A stretch of 64,000 bases of DNA from a virus (taxonomy: Duplodnaviria > Caudoviricetes): IMG/VR virus record IMGVR_UViG_3300031998_000009, positions 64,001 through 128,000 of that record, one strand, 5' to 3'. Below are positions 47,565-55,200 of the stretch, piece by piece. A model generated the notes under the pieces. That model was not told the DNA's origin, searched no databases, and saw nothing but the letters and a program-made list of their open reading frames with translations. The position numbers and the translations under genes are program-made. Every line of letters begins with the position of its first letter. The stretch's first letter is position 1.

Positions 47565-47972
47565 TTAGCTACAATTATGACAAGTGTAATGACTACCATC
47601 GATAAATAATTGTCCAGACCAATTTGTATGAACATTAGGTAAATATAATCTAAATGTATCGATTATCATTTCTTTTATTATAGATGTATTTATGCACTTA
47701 TCCATATAAACATTTGATTCGTATATAACTGTTCCATTCACTTGTTTATGGGGTAGTACCTCAACTCTTCCTCTCGGAAAATAGTCATAAGGAACAGGTT
47801 TACCATCTACGATATATTTGTTTTTTAATGTTTCCCAAGATTTCTTGTGAAGTAAGTTTGTCATAAAATATGGATCATTAGGATCAACTGGATCTGTTAA
47901 TGCTACTAGTTCGTTATTTATAACCCAAAATATTCCTTCACAAAGAACTTGTAGACTTTCATAAACTATCAT
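47565..47972 (-). CDS. hypothetical protein inserted in the tRNA operon
   Basis: YDYFPRGRV, C-terminal HYTCHNC. Confidence 0.65.
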   Translation of the reverse strand: MIVYESLQVLCEGIFWVINNELVALTDPVDPNDPYFMTNLLHKKSWETLKNKYIVDGKPVPYDYFPRGRVEVLPHKQVNGTVIYESNVYMDKCINTSIIKEMIIDTFRLYLPNVHTNWSGQLFIDGSHYTCHNCS

Positions 47973-48052
47973 TATTTATCATCCTTACCCAGAATACAGC
48001 AAGAATATAGAATTAATGTTATGAATACAGCTACAAATAAAATAACTTTCAT
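47972..48052 (-). CDS. 26-aa hydrophobic membrane peptide (not in ORF track)
   Basis: MKVILFVAVFITLILYSCCILGKDDK; AAAGGAGG SD; TAATG overlap with next ORF. Confidence 0.55.
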   Translation of the reverse strand: MKVILFVAVFITLILYSCCILGKDDK

Positions 48053-48080
48053 ATATTATTCCTCCTTTATGGAGAAGAAA

Positions 48081-48164
48081 TGGAAGAGATTGGATTCGAA
48101 CCAATGAAGCACATAGGCAACAGATTTACAGTCTGCCCCCTTTGACCAACTCGGGAACTCTTCC
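48081..48164 (-). tRNA. tRNA-Tyr(GTA)
   Basis: GCAGA CT GTA AA TCTGT, variable arm. Confidence 0.94.
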
Positions 48165-48177
48165 AAATTATATTTAA

Positions 48178-48310
48178 TGCCGGGTGAGTAGTTTCAACCT
48201 CACGCATTCCCGTCCAGAGTTACATAACCTTTTTAACGGAGTTGGTCCTCCGAATGTTCTGTCGTAGGGACTGTATTTTCTTTTCGACTTTTAATGCTTG
48301 TCTACCGACA
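48178..48310 (-). ncRNA. candidate tRNA-like structured RNA A (GGACCA-loop family)
   Basis: terminal stem TGTCGG/CCGGCA, T-arm-like hairpin, core shared with 49378-49571. Confidence 0.6.
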
Positions 48311-48320
48311 ATAAATATAA

Positions 48321-48395
48321 TGACCCTAACGGGATTTGAACCCATGTTTTCAGAATGAAAATCTGACGTCCTAGACCAGACTAGACGATAGGGCC
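48321..48395 (-). tRNA. tRNA-Glu(TTC)
   Basis: TCAGA TT TTC AT TCTGA. Confidence 0.92.
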
Positions 48396-48397
48396 GG

Positions 48398-48472
48398 TGG
48401 TTGTCGTGGTTGGATTTGAACCAACGAATAACGGCTTCAAAGACCGCTGCCTTTCCACTTGGCGACACGACA
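48398..48472 (-). tRNA. tRNA-Gln(TTG), CCA encoded
   Basis: GCGGT CT TTG AA GCCGT. Confidence 0.92.
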
Positions 48473-48480
48473 ATCACGAA

Positions 48481-48562
48481 TACTACCTGTGGGACTTGAA
48501 CCCACATTCCTTTCGGAACTGGTTTTTGAGACCAGTGCGTATGCCAATTCCGCCAAGGTAGT
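48481..48562 (-). tRNA. tRNA-Leu(CAA)
   Basis: CTGGT CT CAA AA ACCAG, variable arm. Confidence 0.93.
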
Positions 48563-48569
48563 ATAAGAA

Positions 48570-48644
48570 TCGGAATGACAGGATTCGAACCTGCGACATC
48601 CTGCTCCCAAAGCAGGTGATCTAGCCAAACTGATCTACATTCCG
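48570..48644 (-). tRNA. tRNA-Pro(TGG)
   Basis: CCTGC TT TGG GA GCAGG. Confidence 0.94.
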
Positions 48645-48769
48645 AATTGTGTCAACTCAGCTTTACCTCGCCATTAACGACCATTGTCACTTTTGCCGGC
48701 TACCATACTCGTAGCTTTGCTGCTTCTAAATAAGATAATTATAACGAGCAGCGGTTATAATTAAATTAG

Positions 48770-48853
48770 TGCTGCTGACCGGACTTGAACCGGTACGGTG
48801 TATCCACCGAGAGATTTTAAGTCTCTTGCGTCTGCCGATTTCGCCACAGCAGC
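48770..48853 (-). tRNA. tRNA-Leu(TAA)
   Basis: AGAGA CT TAA AA TCTCT, variable arm. Confidence 0.94.
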
Positions 48854-48861
48854 AAATATTA

Positions 48862-48933
48862 AGACAAGGGTGAGATTCGAACTCACGATCGCGGTGTTGC
48901 AGACCGCTGTCTTAACCGCTTGACTACCTTGTC
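48862..48933 (-). tRNA. tRNA-Cys(GCA)
   Basis: GCGGT CT GCA AC ACCGC. Confidence 0.93.
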
Positions 48934-49008
48934 GTTATGTGAATCTGTTTTGTATGTACGCCGATAATCGTTCTTTCAAAATTATTCGTGTAACAGATTC
49001 ACATAAAA

Positions 49009-49081
49009 TGGGATTGGACAGGATTTGAACCTGCGATCTGGGCTTTAGACGCCCTTGCCTTACCCACTTGGCTACAATCCC
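49009..49081 (-). tRNA. amber suppressor tRNA (anticodon CTA)
   Basis: acceptor GGGATTG/CAATCCC, D-arm GCC..GGC, anticodon arm AGGGC GT CTA AA GCCCA, T-arm GCAGG TTCAAAT CCTGT. Confidence 0.87.
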
Positions 49082-49084
49082 TAG

Positions 49085-49296
49085 TGGAACACCAGTACCT
49101 CTCCCTCTTGACCGATGTATTAACGAACTCCACCTAAATCCGTCCTGTAAGACCTAGTACAGAAAATATCATCTAAATATAACAGGCGTCCCTGCTTCCT
49201 ATTTAACCCATAAGTGGAGTAAGGTTTTACTGCTTACCTTCAAACATCGTCATCTAGGTCCGGATCCTAAATGATTCCAGGTAACTAGGATTACCC
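49085..49296 (-). ncRNA. candidate ~210-nt multi-stem RNA between tRNA-Thr and the suppressor tRNA
   Basis: nested helices TGGAA/TTCCA, CGATGT/ACATCG, ACTCCACTTA/TAGGTGGAGT plus hairpins. Confidence 0.6.
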
Positions 49297-49300
49297 TTGA

Positions 49301-49373
49301 AGCTGGATGACGGACTCGAACCCCCGACCTGCTGATTACAAATCAGCTGCACTACCAACTGTGCTAATCCAGC
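49301..49373 (-). tRNA. tRNA-Thr(TGT)
   Basis: GCTGA TT TGT AA TCAGC; one G.G mismatch in T-stem. Confidence 0.9.
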
Positions 49374-49377
49374 AAAG

Positions 49378-49571
49378 TGTCTGTCTATCCAGACTGTCAT
49401 AAGGCACTGCCACTTATGTTACCGTCTACCGTAAGCCTTATTCCCCTCTCGACGACCGTTAACGGAGTGGTCCATTCCGGATGTCTTGTTAAGGTACAAA
49501 CTCTTAAACCTTACTTTCTCAAGGTTATTTTATAGAACCGTTTGATATAAGTAATAAACCTTTCAGTTCTT
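49378..49571 (-). ncRNA. candidate structured RNA B (GGACCA-loop family)
   Basis: several hairpins; core shared with 48178-48310; 3' GACAGTCTGGATAGACAGAC. Confidence 0.6.
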
Positions 49572-49572
49572 T

Positions 49573-49648
49573 TGGCTCCCGTAGACAGACTCGAACTGCC
49601 GACTTGATCATTAACAGTGACCCGTTCTACCAACTGAACTATATGGGA
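49573..49648 (-). tRNA. tRNA-Asn(GTT), CCA encoded
   Basis: GGTCA CT GTT AA TGATC. Confidence 0.92.
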
Positions 49649-49652
49649 ATGA

Positions 49653-49726
49653 TGGGCTCTCTGGGACTCGAACCCAGGACCACCCGGTTATGAGCCGGAA
49701 GCGCTAACCGACTGCGCTAAGAGCCC
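49653..49726 (-). tRNA. tRNA(CAT), Ile2-like (Met not excluded)
   Basis: GGGCTCT acceptor, CCGG CT CAT AA CCGG. Confidence 0.88.
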
Positions 49727-49819
49727 GTATAAACTCCTACAAAAACAATGCATGGTTATCATTGAAACATCGGAGTTTGTGTTTTTTACATTTGAAAGAA
49801 AGGAATATCAAATGTCTGG

Positions 49820-49895
49820 TGGTGTGCCAACTGGGATTTGAACCCAGGACCCCTTCCTTAAAAGGGAAGTGTTCTGCCAGCTGAACTATTGGCAC
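49820..49895 (-). tRNA. tRNA-Lys(TTT), CCA encoded
   Basis: CTTCC CT TTT AA GGAAG. Confidence 0.93.
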
Positions 49896-50026
49896 ATTTT
49901 CAACCTCTAAAAACTTACATCACAAAATAAGTAAAACTTGGTTGAATTTAGTTTTATTAAAGGAGAATGGAATGAGATGGACAGTCGTTTTTTATTTCCT
50001 TTATCACTATTCGTGTTTACAAACAT

Positions 50027-50055
50027 ATTATAACACATTATTCAGATATTGTCAA
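50027..50055 (-). promoter_or_regulatory. consensus sigmaA promoter of the tRNA/ncRNA operon
   Basis: TTGACA-17-TATAAT with TG extension. Confidence 0.9.
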
Positions 50056-50088
50056 GTACTTTTTGAAATTTTCTTTTTATTTTTATAT

Positions 50089-50511
50089 TTAATTTTTAAC
50101 TACTCTCTTTACTTCTGTTTCTGGAGAAAGTATAACCGGATCACCTGTTTTAGGGAAGGCGATAACAAAATCACCTTTTGTTGTTTCGTACACTTTATAA
50201 CAGTTGAATTTATAAAAGAACTGCTCACCTTGCTTCAGTTCTCCGAGTTTCACAGAGAAATTTGGAATAGGAATTCTTTTATATCTTGCCCAGGCAATAG
50301 CAATACCTGTTTTTGGATTGTACTTGTCAGTTTCTTTACATTTAGCAGAAGCTATTTTTCCGGTTTTACTATTCATAATAAAAACCGTAGTGCTTTTATC
50401 TGAATTAATAAAAACATCCTGGTGAAGATTAACTGTTTTTATGGTTGTTTTTATATAATCCATCCACATTGAATAACACCATTCATCAAATGTTTTGCAG
50501 TTTTTTCTCAT
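50089..50511 (-). CDS. hypothetical protein
   Basis: A.C...D.YN...GIAIAWAR motif. Confidence 0.6.
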   Translation of the reverse strand: MRKNCKTFDEWCYSMWMDYIKTTIKTVNLHQDVFINSDKSTTVFIMNSKTGKIASAKCKETDKYNPKTGIAIAWARYKRIPIPNFSVKLGELKQGEQFFYKFNCYKVYETTKGDFVIAFPKTGDPVILSPETEVKRVVKN

Positions 50512-50571
50512 GATAACACCTCAATAATAGACTTTTTACCTTTTTGCAATATGACTTCTATTTACAATAAT

Positions 50572-50600
50572 AGTATAACATATTTTTAGTATTTTGTCAA
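50572..50600 (-). promoter_or_regulatory. sigmaA-type promoter
   Basis: TTGACA-17-TATACT. Confidence 0.85.
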
Positions 50601-50624
50601 GTAGTTTTTTGAAAAAATAAATAT

Positions 50625-50656
50625 AAAAAGTCCTCCTAGTAACAGGAGGACTTTTT
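50625..50656 (-). terminator. intrinsic terminator
   Basis: AAAAGTCCTCCT/AGGAGGACTTTT. Confidence 0.8.
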
Positions 50657-50674
50657 GTGAAATATACACAACAC

Positions 50675-51292
50675 TTATCCTAATTTACCTTTTAGGTTTT
50701 CATTTTCCCAAACATAAGTTGCCATCATGTCCGCTCTATGTAATGCAAATGCTAAAGTATTTTTAGCAAAGGACTCACTTAAATTACCAACTGTACTGTA
50801 TTGAGATAAGTCATAAGCTCCCATATGCCAATATATTGCTTGTGCTTCTTCGTCTGTTAATTTAATGAATTTTTGAATCCTATATACAGATAATGCCCCG
50901 TGACCCATCTGGAAAGCATCTGTATTGTAATTATAGCAATCTACTGTATCCCATCTACCTGTTTCTGGATCCTTTACATTTTTAGTTCCTTTTACATATT
51001 TACCGGCTTTGCAAACATCATGAAGTAGACTGACAATAGTTGCAGATTCTAAAGAATGATATTGTTGCCATTTATCTTTACCGCCATAAATAAAGGAGAG
51101 TTCATCCAGCATGGAGTAATAAACATTCATGGAGTGGTCACATAGACCACCTTCGTAACTTCCATGGTATTTAGTACTGGCAGGTGATGTATAAAAACCT
51201 GCTTCTTCTAGATATACTAATAAATCAGACACACCTGGTCTATTTACGTTATCACTCATTGTTTTGACAAATGCACTCTTACTGCTTTCCAT
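50675..51292 (-). CDS. HD-domain phosphohydrolase
   Basis: PASTKYH..GGL.DHS, LLHDVCK, HG, WHMG, HRAD. Confidence 0.88.
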   Translation of the reverse strand: MESSKSAFVKTMSDNVNRPGVSDLLVYLEEAGFYTSPASTKYHGSYEGGLCDHSMNVYYSMLDELSFIYGGKDKWQQYHSLESATIVSLLHDVCKAGKYVKGTKNVKDPETGRWDTVDCYNYNTDAFQMGHGALSVYRIQKFIKLTDEEAQAIYWHMGAYDLSQYSTVGNLSESFAKNTLAFALHRADMMATYVWENENLKGKLG

Positions 51293-51860
51293 CTGTATTA
51301 AACTCCTTCCATTCGTTCATATAATTTAACATACGAAGATAACCAAATATTAACTTGAAAAATTCCAATGCTTCAAAGGTTCCATCCTTCATGTCATAAA
51401 AAGGAAAGGCTTTCTTGATGGCATTTATATATGTCATTATATCCTTTTTGAATATTGTAGCAAACTCTTTATCCTTCGTTACATCATGAAAAATAATGTA
51501 TTTAATAGGAGCACGATGTTCTTGTAGTTTATCAATATCATAATAAGTGTTAAACAAAATTGAAGCCATGGAAATGTAAAGATCTTTCTTTTGTTTAACA
51601 TACATATCAAATAGTTTACTAACATTTTTGAACGCTAGTTTGTTACTTTGTTCAATCATTTGTTTTTGCTGGGTATCGAGTGTTTTCTCCTTGACAATTT
51701 CTTTGTTCTTCTCCAACTGTGGAAAATATCGTTTAAGTATATCCGAATATTTTCCTCCTTTATTAGAGTCTAGTTCTTCTTTAGCTTTCTTGCAGATTCT
51801 TTCAAAATCATTAAAGAAAACAACATCGAAAAAGTCATCGTACAGATTTGTGCTCAACAT
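51279..51860 (-). CDS. hypothetical protein
   Basis: start MLST follows AAGGAGG. Confidence 0.6.
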   Translation of the reverse strand: MLSTNLYDDFFDVVFFNDFERICKKAKEELDSNKGGKYSDILKRYFPQLEKNKEIVKEKTLDTQQKQMIEQSNKLAFKNVSKLFDMYVKQKKDLYISMASILFNTYYDIDKLQEHRAPIKYIIFHDVTKDKEFATIFKKDIMTYINAIKKAFPFYDMKDGTFEALEFFKLIFGYLRMLNYMNEWKEFNTDGKQ

Positions 51861-51874
51861 ATATGATCCTCCTT

Positions 51875-53140
51875 TTATATAAATATAACACACCTGTTCT
51901 TGGCGCGTGTTATTCCAACATAAAATACCTTTATCTCTTCTGAATTATCCATATTCTTTATAGGAAATTTACCATAAAGTGCTACATTTTCACATTCTAG
52001 TCCTTTAGAGGCATGAACAGTAAGTACCTTTATACACGGTTTCTCTGTTATCTCTTTTAGCTTCTTCTGTGAGATTGTAGACTGTTTAAAACAATAATGA
52101 TTTATGTTGTGCTGCTTCAATAGGTCGTCTATCATTACCATTTCTTTGTTACTTCGTGTAAGTAAGAACCAATCTTCATTTTCGTTTAATTTTGACAAGA
52201 ACTTCTCAAGTTGTGATTTTGCTACAAATTCCAAACTACCTTGATTTGGGTTCATACATACAACATCTTTCTTTATAATATCAGATGCCTTTTGGATAAC
52301 GGCATTGGCATACATAAGAATAGATTTAGCGGTTCTGTAATTTTCTGTCAGATAAAATACCTTCCAATCTGGATTCTTCATTAACGAAAGAAATATATTT
52401 ACATCTCCACCTTTGAAACCGAAGATTGCCTGAAAGTCGTCTCCTATGTAAAAATTATTTTTTGCTTTTAACGAACGTAAAAAGTTATACTCCAAATACC
52501 CAATATCTTGAAGTTCGTCTACAAATAGATACTCAAGATCCAGTTTATTCTCTTTGAAATATTTAGTAGTTAGTTCGATTAATTCGTCGAATGTAATTAT
52601 ATTATTTAGTTTACACAAGGTAGTTACCGTCTCTTTATAGTAGTAACTATATTCTCTACCTAATAGTTGCATAATCTCTGTATATACTTGCTCACTAGGA
52701 AACTTATACTTTATATCGTTTTTTGACATTCTACCAGCTGATACAAGACGGTCATAGACAACAAACTGTTCATAATCTTGTAATGTACAATATCTAGCAT
52801 ATTTAGGAATTAGAATTTTCATAAATTCTGTTTGATACTCTTCCGAAAATATTTCAAAATCGTATCCAGTCTGTTTCAATAACATATTCGCATATGAATG
52901 TATAGTTCCAATAAAACAGTATTTGCTAGAAGGTGTATCGGATAAACGTAGGTATAACTCGTCGGCTGCCCTATTTGTGAATGTGATAATAACAATAGAT
53001 CTGGCATCTACACCTGTATTTAATAAATGTTTGACACGTTCTACAAGTGTTCTTGTCTTACCTGATCCAGAACCGGCATCTACAATAATATTTTTATCTG
53101 AGCATAGTACAATTTCTTTTTGTTGCTTACTCAACTCCAT
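51875..53140 (-). CDS. UvrD/Rep-family SF1 helicase (compact)
   Basis: AGSGSGKT, TFTNRAA, VDELQD, GDDFQAI, ENYRT, TVHASKGLE, YVGITRA. Confidence 0.92.
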   Translation of the reverse strand: MELSKQQKEIVLCSDKNIIVDAGSGSGKTRTLVERVKHLLNTGVDARSIVIITFTNRAADELYLRLSDTPSSKYCFIGTIHSYANMLLKQTGYDFEIFSEEYQTEFMKILIPKYARYCTLQDYEQFVVYDRLVSAGRMSKNDIKYKFPSEQVYTEIMQLLGREYSYYYKETVTTLCKLNNIITFDELIELTTKYFKENKLDLEYLFVDELQDIGYLEYNFLRSLKAKNNFYIGDDFQAIFGFKGGDVNIFLSLMKNPDWKVFYLTENYRTAKSILMYANAVIQKASDIIKKDVVCMNPNQGSLEFVAKSQLEKFLSKLNENEDWFLLTRSNKEMVMIDDLLKQHNINHYCFKQSTISQKKLKEITEKPCIKVLTVHASKGLECENVALYGKFPIKNMDNSEEIKVFYVGITRAKNRCVIFI

Positions 53141-53519
53141 CTGTCTTATCCTCCGTTCTGTTTAGAAATCTTTGTCGAGCTGCCTCTTTTTGTTCATCTG
53201 ACATTTCACGTTTCTTGAACGGATCAATGATGGAAACACCCTTTTTGGAACCTTTGAATGTTTTGCTACAAATAGTTCCATCTTTATAATACTGTGTTTT
53301 TATACATATCCAGTTCTTCTTTTCCAGTTTTCTCCAATATTTGGGTATACTTGTATCAGCATACCACACACCTTCAGCTTCATTGTAAAGAAGAACTATT
53401 TCTCGTTCGTCTTTGGTGAGTTTTTCTAATACAACTTCTTCAGATTCGGATTCTGCGGTATTTCTGATATTTTCTACATAATCCTTCTCTTTCTGAGTCA
53501 TGTTTGTGTCCTCCGTCAT
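53127..53519 (-). CDS. hypothetical protein
   Basis: KREMSDEQKEAARQRF C-terminus. Confidence 0.6.
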   Translation of the reverse strand: MTEDTNMTQKEKDYVENIRNTAESESEEVVLEKLTKDEREIVLLYNEAEGVWYADTSIPKYWRKLEKKNWICIKTQYYKDGTICSKTFKGSKKGVSIIDPFKKREMSDEQKEAARQRFLNRTEDKTDGVE

Positions 53520-54670
53520 CCATAAATTTCTTTATTTATATGATTTACAATTTTATCGTACACATCCTTATTTTCTGGATCTTTAAGAAATGGAATTAGT
53601 TTTGCTTGACCGTTTATCTTAATGTCTACCTTATTTCCATCTTCGTCTGTTCTGGAAAGTAGTTCACCTGTTTCCGGATCCAAAAACGTAAACCATGCAC
53701 CTGCTTTATTTATAATACCACTTTTAATTCCTAGATCAATGTAATCAATAAGTGGTTCAATACCGTGATCGTATGTTAAGGTATACGAACCTAACTTTCT
53801 ATCTGGCTTACATACCTTTGTCTTTGCAATGCTCATCATTACTTTATGTCCATATGGACTTTCGTGACTCTTTTTAACCTCATCGAACTTCTCATCAAAA
53901 GGTGTACCTTGTCTAAACATAGCACGAACAGAACAGACGTGTTTCCAACATTTACCACCTGGAGTTGTATATGTAGGTCCACCATAACCGGCATTAAGGT
54001 TATCTCTTACTTGATTTATACCTATTAAGGCACAGTTTCTTTTAGAACATATAAGTTCTACTTTTTTAGAGAATTTAGTTAAAGCTCTGGATATACCACC
54101 ATATGTAGAATCTTCAATGTCCTTATCCATTTCCTGCTGGGATACCATCATTCCAAGACTATCTATAACAGCTAGTCCAATTTCACCGGCATCAATAAGT
54201 TGATAGACCATATCAAATATTTCTTCAGCGCTCTGTGATTCTGGAGACATCATATAAAGGTCATCTACACAAACACCTAGTTTTTCTGCCCACTCATCAT
54301 CAAAAGTATTTTCACAATCAATCCACAATACTTTTCTAGGACCAGTTTCACGAAGTTCGAGTAAGTAACCGGATTCTTCTTTATTCAGTTTCTCTTTGTT
54401 TTCCAATTTATGGATTTTCTCTTCCCATTCCTCCTGGAATAGCTTTTGGGCATTTCCAGCAATATCGAGTGCTGTGGTTGTCTTACCTGAACTCTCTTCA
54501 CCAAAAAACTCAACAATACGTCCTCTTGGAATACCGCCATATAACATACGGTTTGCATTAGGACTACTAAATGGAATTCTAGCACAATTATGAATAATAG
54601 TACCTTTTGTGAAAAGTTCCATTTTGTACTTCTTGTTAAACTCCTTAAATAGTGTTTCTGACTTGGTCAT
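53516..54670 (-). CDS. recA: RecA/UvsX-like recombinase
   Basis: GGIPRGRIVEFFGEESSGKTT, VIDS, INQVR, TPGG. Confidence 0.92.
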   Translation of the reverse strand: MTKSETLFKEFNKKYKMELFTKGTIIHNCARIPFSSPNANRMLYGGIPRGRIVEFFGEESSGKTTTALDIAGNAQKLFQEEWEEKIHKLENKEKLNKEESGYLLELRETGPRKVLWIDCENTFDDEWAEKLGVCVDDLYMMSPESQSAEEIFDMVYQLIDAGEIGLAVIDSLGMMVSQQEMDKDIEDSTYGGISRALTKFSKKVELICSKRNCALIGINQVRDNLNAGYGGPTYTTPGGKCWKHVCSVRAMFRQGTPFDEKFDEVKKSHESPYGHKVMMSIAKTKVCKPDRKLGSYTLTYDHGIEPLIDYIDLGIKSGIINKAGAWFTFLDPETGELLSRTDEDGNKVDIKINGQAKLIPFLKDPENKDVYDKIVNHINKEIYG

Positions 54671-54681
54671 ATCATTACCCC

Positions 54682-55200
54682 TTAATTCGTTTTTGTAGGA
54701 GCTACTTTGGATAACTCCAATTCAGCCATTCTTCTGGATACTACCTTTTTAGCACTTTGTAGAAGTTCTGTAGCATAAGATACTTTTTGTTTGATTATAT
54801 CATAAGCACTTCCATATATAGTAGAAACTAATGTTTTATTCATAACAGCATTTGTTGCTACAGCTTTTCTATAACCTTCTGTACCTGCTGTTTCTGTATA
54901 AATATCGTTATAGTCTGTTGTTTTGGAAACATCAGACATATCCTGTTTAAGACCCAGTAGCTCTTGTTGTGTTCCACAGAAATACAAAAGAGCTGGTATT
55001 GTCATAATAATGTCGTCTAGTTCAGCATCCGTTATGTTGTTACTTCCACCATCCAATAATTCGAATACATACTGCACATACTGGTCTAGCTTATCACAAC
55101 ATTGATGAACCAGAGAGTCTACAATACTTCTTGCATACTCTGTATTAACATCTAATGTTTCCAATAGCTTTTCAAGTTCATCATTTGTTAATTTTTCCAT
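54682..55200 (-). CDS. helical hypothetical protein (recombination mediator-like position)
   Basis: lies between recU and recA. Confidence 0.5.
   Translation of the reverse strand: MEKLTNDELEKLLETLDVNTEYARSIVDSLVHQCCDKLDQYVQYVFELLDGGSNNITDAELDDIIMTIPALLYFCGTQQELLGLKQDMSDVSKTTDYNDIYTETAGTEGYRKAVATNAVMNKTLVSTIYGSAYDIIKQKVSYATELLQSAKKVVSRRMAELELSKVAPTKTN

Noticed and set aside
48178-48310. tmRNA or intron-containing tRNA
   Set aside because: Too short for tmRNA, with no tag ORF, G3.U70 or CCA end, and no canonical D or anticodon arm.
46991-48628. ORF-track entries 46991-47182(+), 47417-47605(+), 48220-48507(-), 48437-48628(-)
   Set aside because: They overlap tRNA genes or structured RNA and are translation artefacts.
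48650-48725. Twister ribozyme or SAM-I riboswitch
   Set aside because: Only fragments resemble them; the pseudoknot partners and core motifs are missing.
54340-54450. Intein in RecA (insertion after Walker A)
   Set aside because: It is a short charged helical insert without C/S...HN splice termini.
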